Both the position numbers and the translations under genes were made by a program. From Deltaproteobacteria bacterium (GTDB lineage Bacteria; Desulfobacterota; GWC2-55-46; UBA9637), in assembly GCA_030690165.1 (NCBI GenBank), contig JAUYHF010000007.1, positions 131,420 to 195,419 of the forward strand: DNA of 64,000 bases. Reading direction: 5' to 3'. Numbering within the stretch: position 1 is the first letter of the stretch; each line of letters begins with the position of its first letter. The notes under the pieces are model-generated. The model saw nothing but the letters and a program-made list of their open reading frames with translations, was not told the DNA's origin and searched no databases. This document shows, piece after piece, positions 18,301-27,230 of the stretch.

Positions 18301-19945
18301 TAACGCAGGGGTGTATACAGCAGGGGATAATGCAGTTACTACAGATGTAGAGCATGGCAAGTTTGTTCCAAATGCAACCACTGACTGGCCCGGTGTTGTA
18401 ATGGGTTCAGAATTATGGGCATTTATTCCCTATGATAACCTGCCTCATCTAAAGTGGCTTACAGATCCAAATTATACCCATATTTATTACACCGACCTCA
18501 AGCCAAAGGTGACGGATGTAAGGATATTCTGCGACAGCGATGCAAGTTTAACTCCGCCTACCACGCCTAATTGTATTGATGGGCAGACCGGCGTATCTCA
18601 CCCTGGCGGCTGGGGCACTATTCTGATTGCAGGCATGAGGTTTGGCGGAGGGGCGATAACTGCAGATATAAGCGGAACCACCAGGACATTCAGGTCTGCC
18701 TATTATGTCTTTGATATAACGAATCCTGAAAAGAAGCCGAAACTACTCTGGAGGTTTACTGACGCCAACCTCGGTTTTACAACCAGTTATCCCGGCATTA
18801 TCCATATAAACAGCAGTCCTGAGAAGTGGTTTATGGTGGTCGGTTCAGGGCCTGACAATAATGTCCCTGCTGGCACACGGGGCTATGATGGGACAAGCAC
18901 GCAGCAAGGCAGGATATTTGTCGTAAATCTTTTAAACGGGACAGCGGCAATTACATTTACCAATCTTGGAATAAACAATGCCGGCGCCGTCCTTGACGCC
19001 AATACATTCATGGGCGACCCGACTGTAATTGATGGCGATCTGGATTATACAACTGATGTAATTTATATAGGAAGCGCCACTTCTACAAACAGCGGGAAGG
19101 TATTCAGGATAAATACAAATCAGGATGCCAACCCGGCTAATTGGGCGTTATCAACCCTTATAAATCAGGGGAAACCGGTTCTTGTCGGGCCATCTGTGTC
19201 AAAGGACAGCCTTAATAACTTCTGGGTATTCTTTGGAACAGGGAGGTTTTTGGCTAGTGCTGATAAGACCAATTCTGACCCTCAAACCTTCTATGGTATA
19301 AAGGATGCATGTTGGAAAACGAATACGACAACAAGCCCTTGTCCTGCCTCTGCTAACCCATACCTGCAAACCGCTCTTCTTAATTCAAGCAATTTAGCAG
19401 TTTGCACATCCGCGGGCGGCGGGGGGATTTATGATACAAGTTCCGGAACTTGCGCAACCGGCACCCAGGCTTACAGTTCATATACCAACCTTCTTGCAAC
19501 AGTAAGGGCAGGCTCAGGTTGGTATATAAATCTGGTTGACCCAACGACTCCGAGTGAGAGGGTTATTGCCAGAAGCGTTGTCCTTGGAGGTGTAGTCATT
19601 TTTACCGCCTTTACACCCAGCAGTGATATATGCGCCATGTTAGGGGATAGCAACCTATATGCCCTATACTATGAGACAGGGACAGCCTATAATAAACCTG
19701 TGATAGGCTATAGCGGGACTACTGTACTGAGAAGCAAAAGCCTTGGCAAGGGGATGCCAACTACAGTAGGTATTGCTGTGGGCAGTAAAACAAAGGGTTA
19801 TATCCAGACTTCTACAGGCACAATAGTAGAGGTGGAAACAGAACCCGCCCTTGATGTGAGGAGCGGACCAGCAGGCTGGAGGGAAAAAGAGGGCGGCGGC
19901 GGGACAGTGGATATAGAGGAGATATATAAGCATATAGTTAAGTAG
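15365..19945 (+). CDS. pilY1: PilY1-like type IV pilus tip-associated adhesin
   Basis: 1526 aa; signal peptide; N-terminal vWA-like LVLDNSGSM; large C-terminal region; position after pilX. Confidence 0.8.
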   Translation: MKRLSIITILLGMILWTPLTCKVMAQTMSDYTSTPPFISTSIQPNVLLVLDNSGSMNDEAYATTYDPTQFSSGQYYGLFDATKYYQYTNNGRWEIFPVTDTDGDGIQTDETLPSASATIANPIASGNLLNWATMSRISVAKKLLIGGKASPRSPAGAVTVKLFGETTWGFLKTFDNTSSANLIAPFTGNYRYNVSSTANFSMVPVVAGTDTVYTSPNANVSIPAGWTVFPAATNAWEDVDDTISPTISNDADTTYIQAQGTASPAMFGYDYAGAKTGTITNVGVRVVAKSNCSSTLLRRTRGVLRIGGVDYDSGFTAIATSYPATAYSFNWATNPATGAAWQWSDIKDIGNPSGNLEGFGIRPNQSNAGCYHRATQVYLVVTSGTPSGGPYNIIIDQGMTPASGIIDNLSSDARFGLAYYANSSNGGRVQEYVGFGSAVNMITSISGLAPSTWTPLGETLYEMIRHFRQDAPFYANAPADYATGNVFNDPYYYRYSTLAGSGLTDQYVPCAKSFILLLTDGESTQDITMDASIKGPPGFSWGKGVNTDGSSTSSAAGQPRLGGTNNGQTYTSSGTDYLVDAAYWARSTDARPGACTTTPTSWQQCIPGTQNVVIYPVFMFGSGSTLLKDAAIYGGFEDMNGDGKPGPDLREYLRDSNGDGSVTAADDPITYFEGDDGFALEASITNAIASIMKRSASGTSVSILATSQEGEGALYQAYYYPEKIMDDGTKRSWLGYCRGMFLDSFGNLREDSDADSTLIFKNDKIIRMRLDTSTNEVKADLYNDVSPEDGDADPATLNADGSKIDTVNNTVAIDAVATLWEAGEKLAKDITTRNIYTWVDLDNDGVVDNGDFGVSPLPSGEAYPFVSSSATALRQYIRAADDPESTNIINFVAGNNVTGYRNRCIPVTGATTETGCSGATDRVWALGDIVYSTPTTVAGPREGYDQIYGIASYTNFRNLYRDRRNIVYVGANDGMLHAFNAGVYTAGDNAVTTDVEHGKFVPNATTDWPGVVMGSELWAFIPYDNLPHLKWLTDPNYTHIYYTDLKPKVTDVRIFCDSDASLTPPTTPNCIDGQTGVSHPGGWGTILIAGMRFGGGAITADISGTTRTFRSAYYVFDITNPEKKPKLLWRFTDANLGFTTSYPGIIHINSSPEKWFMVVGSGPDNNVPAGTRGYDGTSTQQGRIFVVNLLNGTAAITFTNLGINNAGAVLDANTFMGDPTVIDGDLDYTTDVIYIGSATSTNSGKVFRINTNQDANPANWALSTLINQGKPVLVGPSVSKDSLNNFWVFFGTGRFLASADKTNSDPQTFYGIKDACWKTNTTTSPCPASANPYLQTALLNSSNLAVCTSAGGGGIYDTSSGTCATGTQAYSSYTNLLATVRAGSGWYINLVDPTTPSERVIARSVVLGGVVIFTAFTPSSDICAMLGDSNLYALYYETGTAYNKPVIGYSGTTVLRSKSLGKGMPTTVGIAVGSKTKGYIQTSTGTIVEVETEPALDVRSGPAGWREKEGGGGTVDIEEIYKHIVK

Positions 19946-20003
19946 AAAGACAGGGGTCAGGGGTCGGAAAGACAGTGGTCAGGGGTCGGAAAGACAGTGG
20001 TCA

Positions 20004-20915
20004 GTGATTTTACTGATCCCTGACCCTCGATCCCTGTATCTATGGAGGGTATTTTTGGAAAAGAAGATATGGGAAGAAAGACGAAAGAAGAAGATTGTTC
20101 TGCCAAAGGAACCCGAATCTGAGAAAAAAGATTATAGAAGATGGACGAAGTATATTATTGCCGCTGTCTTTATTATCCTTTTATTTACCCTCTTAAGGGG
20201 CAAGAAAGAAAAGATAGAGATTCCAGGGCCGGAACAGGAATCAGGGGTCAGGGGTCAGGGGTCAGAAAAACAGGGGGCAGGGGTCGTGGCTCAGAGGTCA
20301 GTGAGTAGTCCAGTCGTTGAGCTGCCGCTGCCGCCTCCGCCTAAAAAAAATACCCCCCCGGAAGTCCTGTTAATAAAGTTAAGCCCAAAGATTGTTTACC
20401 AGGGAACCAAGATAAAGGCAGAGGTTTCAGGCAAGGATGCTGATGAGGATGATGAGGTTACCTATTTTTATGAGTGGCGGAGAAACGATACTGTCTTGCC
20501 TGATAATATCCAGCCGGAGATTGATACAAAGGATTTTAAGAAGGGCGAGCTTATAACCTTGTTTGTTACGCCGTTTGACGGCAAAGACAAGGGGAAGACC
20601 AGATTTTCCAGGACAATTGTTATTGTCAACAGGCCGCCTGAGATAATATCATTCCCGCCTGTGTCTGTTTCCAACGGGAAATATCTGTACGAGGTCAAGG
20701 CAAATGACCCGGATGGCGATGCGCTTACTTATTCTCTTGAAAATGCCCCGTCCGGCATGATAATTGATCCTGCAACAGGCATAATCCGATGGGATATCCC
20801 TGTTACGGCAGATTTAAAATCGGTTACTACCTACAATATAAAGATTGTGGTAAGCGATGGCGATGCCACGGCCTTTCAAGGGTTTTCCATGACCCCTGAT
20901 GTGGAAATTAAATAA
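20004..20915 (+). CDS. membrane-anchored protein with two Ig-like/cadherin-like domains
   Basis: TM segment WTKYIIAAVFIILLFTLL, repeat-encoded linker [13 protein letters not shown], then DADEDDEVTYFYEW and DPDGDALTYSLENAPSGMIIDPATGIIRWDIP; start uncertain (GTG 20004 or TTG near 20055). Confidence 0.5.
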   Translation: MILLIPDPRSLYLWRVFLEKKIWEERRKKKIVLPKEPESEKKDYRRWTKYIIAAVFIILLFTLLRGKKEKIEIPGPEQESGVRGQGSEKQGAGVVAQRSVSSPVVELPLPPPPKKNTPPEVLLIKLSPKIVYQGTKIKAEVSGKDADEDDEVTYFYEWRRNDTVLPDNIQPEIDTKDFKKGELITLFVTPFDGKDKGKTRFSRTIVIVNRPPEIISFPPVSVSNGKYLYEVKANDPDGDALTYSLENAPSGMIIDPATGIIRWDIPVTADLKSVTTYNIKIVVSDGDATAFQGFSMTPDVEIK

Positions 20916-20978
20916 CCGGTTCCCGTTCCTTCCTTTTATGTCAAATTATATCAAATTATATCTAAATTAAAAAAATAC

Positions 20979-21025
20979 TTGACAAGTATTTAAAATTAGA
21001 CTAAAGTTGGCATAAATTATGCCAA
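20979..21025 (+). promoter_or_regulatory. sigma-70-like promoter plus palindromic operator for the HTH gene
   Basis: TTGACA 20979-20984, 17-nt spacer, TAAAGT 21002-21007; palindrome TTGGCAT-AAATT-ATGCCAA 21007-21025 overlaps -10 and the ATG, implying a leaderless transcript. Confidence 0.45.
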
Positions 21026-21216
21026 AGAATAATCTGAAAAAGATAAGAGAGAATCTCCTTATAAGCAAGGCTGAGCTTGCAAGAAAGGCCGGCATTTCTT
21101 CTCTTACCATAGACAGGGTTGAGAACGGCTATGGGTGCCGCGTGGATACTAAGCGGAAGATTATTCAGGCCCTTGGGCTTAAGCTTTCTGAAAAGAACAA
21201 GGTATTTAAGGAGTGA
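21019..21216 (+). CDS. XRE-family helix-turn-helix transcriptional regulator
   Basis: 65 aa; LISKAELARKAGISSLTIDRVENG is an XRE-type HTH; immediately upstream of pilM. Confidence 0.6.
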   Translation: MPKNNLKKIRENLLISKAELARKAGISSLTIDRVENGYGCRVDTKRKIIQALGLKLSEKNKVFKE

Positions 21217-21230
21217 TATAGAGGGAAATT

Positions 21231-22295
21231 ATGGAGCTTTCGCTGTTTAAAAAAACCGATGTGGTAGGTCTGGATATTGGCTCCAACTCTGTAAAACTTA
21301 TCCAGCTTGCCCCAACCAAAAAAGGGTGGAGGCTGTTAAATCTCGGCATAATCCAGCTTCCGCCAGAGGCTATTGTTGACGGCTCCATAATAGATTCTAT
21401 GACTGTCATGAGCGCTGTAAAGGACCTTGTCACCCAGCAGGGTATAAAGACTAAAAACTGCGTCTCCGCGCTGACAGGACATTCTGTTATTATCAAAAAG
21501 GTGAACCTCCCTGTGATGACTGAGGCAGAGTTGGGGGAATCTATTCAGTGGGAGGCAGAGCAGTATATACCCTTCCCCATAACAGATGTAAATATAGACT
21601 TTCAGATACTTGGCGCGGATACGGAAGGAAGAGGGCAGATGGAGGTAATGCTTGTTGCTGTAAAGAAGGATGTTATAAACGATTATACCAATGTCATAAA
21701 AGAGGCCGGGCTCCTGCCTGTGATTGTTGATGTGGATTCCTTTGCGCTGGAAAATATGTTTGAGATGAATTACTCCATTGCGCCTAATGAAAATATAGCA
21801 ATAGTGAATATCGGCGCAACCATTACAAGCATAAATGTTCTCCGCAGCGGCGTAACTATATTTACAAGGGCAATACCTCTTGGCGGGAACCAGTTTACGG
21901 AAGAGATACAGAAGGCCATTGGCATAAGTTTTAAAGACGCTGAAGCCATAAAGCTTGGCGGAGAGGTGAGCGGCATAGACGCAGGCGGCGTCCCTCAGGT
22001 GATTGAGCGGGTCTCAGGCAATGTTGCCCTTGAGGTTAAGAGGAGTATAGATTTTTTCCTCGGCGGCGCCCCCGGAATGTTTATCAGCAAGATTTATTTG
22101 AGCGGGGGCTGCACAAAGACAAAGGGCTTGCCGGCTATTATACAGGAGAGGACTGCAATACCTATTGAGATAGTCAACCCCTTTACCGGCGTGGAAGTAA
22201 GTCCCAGGAAATTTGCCCCTGATTATATTAAGGATATTGCGCCGTATTTTGGGGTTGCCGTCGGTCTGGCTATCAGGAAGGTTGGCGACAAATGA
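21231..22295 (+). CDS. pilM: type IV pilus assembly protein PilM
   Basis: Actin-like fold signature VGLDIGSNSVKLIQL; 354 aa; first gene of pilMNOPQ. Confidence 0.9.
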   Translation: MELSLFKKTDVVGLDIGSNSVKLIQLAPTKKGWRLLNLGIIQLPPEAIVDGSIIDSMTVMSAVKDLVTQQGIKTKNCVSALTGHSVIIKKVNLPVMTEAELGESIQWEAEQYIPFPITDVNIDFQILGADTEGRGQMEVMLVAVKKDVINDYTNVIKEAGLLPVIVDVDSFALENMFEMNYSIAPNENIAIVNIGATITSINVLRSGVTIFTRAIPLGGNQFTEEIQKAIGISFKDAEAIKLGGEVSGIDAGGVPQVIERVSGNVALEVKRSIDFFLGGAPGMFISKIYLSGGCTKTKGLPAIIQERTAIPIEIVNPFTGVEVSPRKFAPDYIKDIAPYFGVAVGLAIRKVGDK

Positions 22296-22861
22296 TAAGG
22301 ATAAACCTTTTACCAGTAAGGCTTGCAAAAAAGAAGGAGTCAATAAGGCAGCAGGCATCTGTGGCAGGTCTGAGCATTGTGCTGCTCTTTATAGTTCTTG
22401 GGGTTTTTTACTTTTCCATTACTAAGAGTATAGCTGAACTCAACGTCTCCATATCCGTCGAAGAAAAGAATATCGCCCAGTTTGATAAAGAGATAGGGGA
22501 ATTAAAAAATGTTGAAAGCGAAAAGAAGGCGATTTTGGAAAAGCTGAATATAGTCAAACAGCTTGAGATAGACAAACGACGGCACTTAAAGATATTTTCT
22601 GACATTACAGCCGCAATCCCTGAAAAACTGTGGATTGACTCTCTGAAGGATTCCGGACAAACTGTTACGCTGATTGGTTTTGCCGGGGCTGATGATATAG
22701 TGGCGGATTTTATGCGCCAGCTTGAAAAAACCCTTGTTTCATGGAAGGTTGAGCTTGAGGTTATAAATCAGGTGGAAAAGGAAAAAATAAAACTGGCGGG
22801 TTTTACTATCAGGCTTGAAGCGCCAAAAGGGCCGCCGCCTGCGGCCAAACCCAAGGCATAG
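22292..22861 (+). CDS. pilN: type IV pilus assembly protein PilN
   Basis: N-terminal RINLLP motif followed by a TM helix; overlaps pilM stop. Confidence 0.85.
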   Translation: MIRINLLPVRLAKKKESIRQQASVAGLSIVLLFIVLGVFYFSITKSIAELNVSISVEEKNIAQFDKEIGELKNVESEKKAILEKLNIVKQLEIDKRRHLKIFSDITAAIPEKLWIDSLKDSGQTVTLIGFAGADDIVADFMRQLEKTLVSWKVELEVINQVEKEKIKLAGFTIRLEAPKGPPPAAKPKA

Positions 22862-22917
22862 TTGTAGCTCAAGGCTTTAGCCTTGATAAACCTTCAAACC
22901 TGAAGGTTTGAGCTACA
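22862..22917. repeat. 56-bp structured palindromic element, copy 2 (between pilN and pilO)
   Basis: TTGTAGCTCAAGGCTTTAGCCTTGATAAACCTTCAAACCTGAAGGTTTGAGCTACAA; paralog of 9188-9243. Confidence 0.6.
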
Positions 22918-22940
22918 AATAGACCTTCTAAAGGAGTCTT

Positions 22941-23528
22941 GTGCCAAAGTTTGATGTAGATATAATACTTAAATTGTCCCTTTCTAAAAGGCTTTTGATA
23001 CTTGGGGCTGTCGTGCTTGTTATAACAGGGGTTTTTTATTATTTTTTATACGGCGCAAAATTAAATGAGAAAATCGCCTTAAGCGCAAAATTAGAGGGGT
23101 TTAAGAATACAGTTTCGGAAAAACAGAGGTTAGCCGCCAACCTTCCCAAATTAAAAAAAGAGATTGAGGATCTGAACAACCAGTTCAAACTGGCGCTTGA
23201 GGCCCTGCCCAACGAAAAAGAGATCGCCAATCTTCTCGAAAGCATATCTGATGCGGCTAAGACCGCAAGACTGGATATATTGACCTTTAAGCCGGGAAAG
23301 GAAACCCCAAAGGGTTTTTATGCCGAAGTGACGATAGATATGAAGGTGGAGGGCGGATACAACAGCGTTATTTCCTTCTTTGAAAAGGTTGCAGGGATGC
23401 CAAGGATAGTTAATATAAACGGCTTAAATATAACAAGCGGTAAAGAGGTCAGGGGTGATATTATGATGTCAGCTACTTTTGCAGCGACGACATTTAAGTT
23501 TCTGCCTCAGCCGGAGGCGAAGAAATAA
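22941..23528 (+). CDS. pilO: type IV pilus assembly protein PilO
   Basis: N-terminal TM helix, coiled-coil region, position and size (195 aa). Confidence 0.85.
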   Translation: MPKFDVDIILKLSLSKRLLILGAVVLVITGVFYYFLYGAKLNEKIALSAKLEGFKNTVSEKQRLAANLPKLKKEIEDLNNQFKLALEALPNEKEIANLLESISDAAKTARLDILTFKPGKETPKGFYAEVTIDMKVEGGYNSVISFFEKVAGMPRIVNINGLNITSGKEVRGDIMMSATFAATTFKFLPQPEAKK

Positions 23529-23529
23529 T

Positions 23530-24120
23530 ATGGGTAATTTACAAGTCACCAGTTATAAGTCACCAGTCACCAGTCACAAGACTAAAAACTCAAGTCTGGT
23601 GACTTTGTGTCTGGCGACCTTGTGTCTGGCGACCTTGTGTGTCGGTTGCCAGCAAGGCGCGCCGCCACAGCCCCCTGCGGCAGAGGTAAAAAAAGAGGCT
23701 CCGAAACCGGAGACTGTGCCTATTGCTGGAGAGGCAAAAAAAGAAGAGAAGGCTCCGCCTAAAGCGGATGAGGTAAATCCGCAGAGAAATCCTTTTAAAA
23801 CATTTATTGTTAAAGCAACCGAGAGGCCGTCAGTTGTTGCGCCAAAGACGCCTTTACAGAGGTATGAACTGGAGCAGCTAAAATTAGTGGCAATAATGTG
23901 GGGCATTAACAGCCCCGCAGCCATGGTGGAGACACCGGACGGCAAAGGCTATTCAATAAAAAAAGGATACCTTATCGGGAACAGGGAAGGAAGGGTTAAG
24001 CGGATTGAAAAGGACAGGGTGATAGTGGAGGAGAGGTTTACAGAGGCCCGCGGCGAGGTTGTAACCAACGAGTTTGAAATAAAACTGCCGCTGCCCAAAG
24101 GAGAGGAGGAGTTAAGATGA
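23530..24120 (+). CDS. pilP: type IV pilus assembly lipoprotein PilP
   Basis: Position between pilO and pilQ; Cys-containing signal region (LCVGC); Pro/Ala-rich linker; N-terminal 40 codons are built from inverted heptamer/15-mer arrays, so start is uncertain. Confidence 0.7.
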   Translation: MGNLQVTSYKSPVTSHKTKNSSLVTLCLATLCLATLCVGCQQGAPPQPPAAEVKKEAPKPETVPIAGEAKKEEKAPPKADEVNPQRNPFKTFIVKATERPSVVAPKTPLQRYELEQLKLVAIMWGINSPAAMVETPDGKGYSIKKGYLIGNREGRVKRIEKDRVIVEERFTEARGEVVTNEFEIKLPLPKGEEELR

Positions 24121-27002
24121 AAAATAAAAATGTAAAATGCAAAATGCAAAATACAAAAGGTTTCCTTCCATATTTTATATTCTGCCTGCTGCTTACTATA
24201 TTTTTTACAGGTTGCGCGCCTACTAAGTCGCAGATAAAGAGTGGAGAGGGAGTGGAAAAGGCAGCCATTGAGAAGATTTCGGTTGTTGGAGGGGGGAGGG
24301 AGATATTGATAGAGGCTTCAGGGCCTATAACCTACACTGCCTTTAAGCTTTCTGACCCGGCAAGGCTGGTGCTGGATATTCCAGGGGCAGATATAGAAAA
24401 GGTAAAGGCCCCGATGGATGTTAATAATGAGTTTATAAACAGGATTGTTGTCGCAAGCTACGGGGAGGAGGGAATGGCGCCCATTTCCAGAGTGGAAATA
24501 GGGTTAAAGGAGAGGGTAGCCAGTGATGTAAAGCTCGCAGAAGGCAGTATTCTGGTGGCTTTGAATTATGAAGTTATTCCCCAGCATGAGGCTGAGACAC
24601 CTGTTGTGGTTGAGCCCCAAGTGGCAGAGGAAAAGGCCGCCGAGGCGCCGCCTTTAACAGAGCCCCTCCAGCAGGAGATTGCAAAAAAAGAAGAAGCCAT
24701 AAAGGCGGCTGTGGAAGAGGCCGGCCCTGCCCTTGCTGAGGCTGAAAAGAAAGAGATAAAAAAGGCTGACAAATTGTTGAAGATAGAGACGAGGAAGGAA
24801 AAGAACCGCACAATAATAAAGGTGATTGGCAACGGGCCGATAGGCGATTTTAATGCCTTTACAATGGATAAGCCTGCGCCGTCAAGGATTGTTGTGGATG
24901 TATGGAATGTTAAGAGTTCAATTCCGGGAGACGGTCTTGCTGTAAGCAGTCCTTATGTAAAGAAGGTAAGGGTAGGTGAACATCCGGATAAGGTGAGGCT
25001 CGTGTTTGATTCAGGCCAGAAGAATGTGCCGCCCTATACAATAGAGAGGGTTGACAACTCCCTTGTAATAACTGTCGGCAGGATTGATGTAAAGAAGCCT
25101 GAAACAGCCGCAGTAGTTGCTCCGGTAACTGCGCCGCAAGAGCCTCCTGTGGAAACAGCACAGCAGCCTTCGGCAGCCGTGCCCGCTCCTGAACCTGTAA
25201 AGGCCGATTATGCAGAAATCAAGGCGGTTGATTTCAAGCAGCTTGCGGATAAGGCAAGGCTTATTATAACTGCGTCAAAGAAGATAGAATACAGATTGTT
25301 AAAATTACCGGATGAAACAGGACTGGCGCTGGATATTAAGGATGCTATAATACCTGACGAACTCAAACGGACACTCGACGCCTCTGACCTTAACACGCCA
25401 GTGGCCAGCATAAGCTCATTCCAGGCGACTACTGAGTCTGCAAAGGATGTCCGTATACTTGTTAAATTAAAAGAAAAGGCTATTTATGATATTTCACAGG
25501 AAGGCGAAAGAATACAAATAGATTTTCCGCTGCTCGCAGCGGCGCAGGCGGTTCCAAAGATGGCAGAGATAAAAAGTCAGGAGTCAGAGCTCAGGGGCCT
25601 GCCCCCGAATGTTTCTATCGGGGGTCAGGAGATAAAAGAAACAAAGCTGGCAGAAGATGCTATAAACAAGGAACAGGCATCAGGCTATACAGGACGCAAG
25701 ATTTCTCTGGACTTTAAGGATGCTGATATAAGTAATATTTTGAGATTGATGGCAGAGGTCAGCAATCTGAATATTATTGCGGGCGAGGATGTTAAAGGCA
25801 AGGTTTCGTTAAGATTGATAGATGTTCCATGGGATCAGGCATTCGAGATCATATTAAAAACAAACGGTCTTGGCAAGGTTCAGGAAGGGAATGTAGTAAG
25901 GATTTTGCCCCTTGCTAAGATAAAACAGGAGAGTGAAGATGCGCTTGCCTCTAAAAAGGCAAAGGAAAAACTTGAAGACCTTGAGATAAAATTGCTGTCT
26001 GTCAACTACGCAACTGCCAGCGCTTTAGAATCCCAGGTCAAAGGCTTATTAAGCGATAGGGGGACTGTTACAGTAGAGGCAAGGACGAATACGCTTATTA
26101 TTAAAGATATCCCTGCCAATATAGCAAAGGCAGTGGACATGGCAAAGAAATTGGATACGCCGACGCCGCAGGTCTTGATAGAGGCAAGGATCGTAGAGGC
26201 GCAGAGCAGTTTTGCAAGGGACCTCGGTGTGCAGTGGGGCGCTGCTACTCTTACAACAAGCAAAAATAAGTTTAGCAGCGGGTTTGGCAGCGCTTCGGCT
26301 ACCCCATCGCCCACCCTTACCCCCACTAGTACCACTACCACCCCCACTACCCCCAGTTTTATCAGCTCAGGGGGGCAGTTCTCATCGCAGCCTAATTTTG
26401 CGGTAAGCCTTCCTGCGGCGGGCGCTGCAGGGACATTGGGCGCAATGGGTTTTTCGTTCGGTAAACTTATAGGCGACCCGTTTCTTTTAGACCTCCGCAT
26501 ATCAGCCGGCGAAAAAAATGGTTTGACAAAGACCATATCAAGGCCGAGGATTACCACACTGAATAATAAGGAGGCCAAAATATCTCAAGGCGACTCAGTG
26601 CCATTTGAAACAACATCTTCTTCTGGCACACAAACCTCTTTTATTGATGCAACACTTGAACTCATTGTTACTCCGCATATAACCCCGGACGGCAGCGTGA
26701 GCATGAAAATCAAGGCCAGCAGGAACTCAATAGGCTCTTTCAGATCTGCTGCCGGTACGCCGAGCATAAGCAAAAAAGAGGCGTCTACAGAGATAATTGT
26801 AAAAAGCGGGGAGACAGCGGTTATCGGCGGCATTGTGATAGAGGATAAGTCAGATACCGGCAGCGGCATACCATGGCTTAAGGATATCCCTATACTCGGC
26901 TGGCTCTTTAAAAACAAATCAACATCAGAAAGCCAGACAGAGCTCCTGATATTTATTACGCCGAATATTGTAAGCGGCGAAGTGGAGTTGTCGCCAAGTT
27001 AA
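24117..27002 (+). CDS. pilQ: type IV pilus secretin PilQ
   Basis: 961 aa; signal peptide; repeated N-terminal beta domains; C-terminal secretin domain (NTLIIKDIPANIAKAVDMAKKLD ... VLIEARIVEA ... LLIFITP). Confidence 0.9.
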   Translation: MKNKNVKCKMQNTKGFLPYFIFCLLLTIFFTGCAPTKSQIKSGEGVEKAAIEKISVVGGGREILIEASGPITYTAFKLSDPARLVLDIPGADIEKVKAPMDVNNEFINRIVVASYGEEGMAPISRVEIGLKERVASDVKLAEGSILVALNYEVIPQHEAETPVVVEPQVAEEKAAEAPPLTEPLQQEIAKKEEAIKAAVEEAGPALAEAEKKEIKKADKLLKIETRKEKNRTIIKVIGNGPIGDFNAFTMDKPAPSRIVVDVWNVKSSIPGDGLAVSSPYVKKVRVGEHPDKVRLVFDSGQKNVPPYTIERVDNSLVITVGRIDVKKPETAAVVAPVTAPQEPPVETAQQPSAAVPAPEPVKADYAEIKAVDFKQLADKARLIITASKKIEYRLLKLPDETGLALDIKDAIIPDELKRTLDASDLNTPVASISSFQATTESAKDVRILVKLKEKAIYDISQEGERIQIDFPLLAAAQAVPKMAEIKSQESELRGLPPNVSIGGQEIKETKLAEDAINKEQASGYTGRKISLDFKDADISNILRLMAEVSNLNIIAGEDVKGKVSLRLIDVPWDQAFEIILKTNGLGKVQEGNVVRILPLAKIKQESEDALASKKAKEKLEDLEIKLLSVNYATASALESQVKGLLSDRGTVTVEARTNTLIIKDIPANIAKAVDMAKKLDTPTPQVLIEARIVEAQSSFARDLGVQWGAATLTTSKNKFSSGFGSASATPSPTLTPTSTTTTPTTPSFISSGGQFSSQPNFAVSLPAAGAAGTLGAMGFSFGKLIGDPFLLDLRISAGEKNGLTKTISRPRITTLNNKEAKISQGDSVPFETTSSSGTQTSFIDATLELIVTPHITPDGSVSMKIKASRNSIGSFRSAAGTPSISKKEASTEIIVKSGETAVIGGIVIEDKSDTGSGIPWLKDIPILGWLFKNKSTSESQTELLIFITPNIVSGEVELSPS

Positions 27003-27202
27003 TGGATGTATGAAACATCCATGAGCCTTTGGCTCACAAAGAAGGATGAAAATTAACCCCACCCTCACCTGAAACATCCATTGAGGATGTTTCAGTCCTC
27101 TCCCTGAGGGAGAGGAGACTTTTTTGTTCCCTCCCCTTCAAGGGGAGGGTTAGGGTGGGGATGGGGTAAAGAGGGTATTTTCAGGTGAAAATATCGTTTT
27201 AA

Positions 27203-27230
27203 ATGCACCCTCAAAGGGTGCATTTTTTTT
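27203..27230 (+). terminator. rho-independent terminator after pilQ
   Basis: ATGCACCC-TCAAA-GGGTGCAT stem-loop followed by T8; A-tract upstream makes it potentially bidirectional. Confidence 0.7.

Noticed and set aside
26006-26578. 190-aa ORF antisense to pilQ
   Set aside because: Lies within the Thr/Pro low-complexity region of a strongly supported + strand gene; no RBS or motif; likely a frame artefact.
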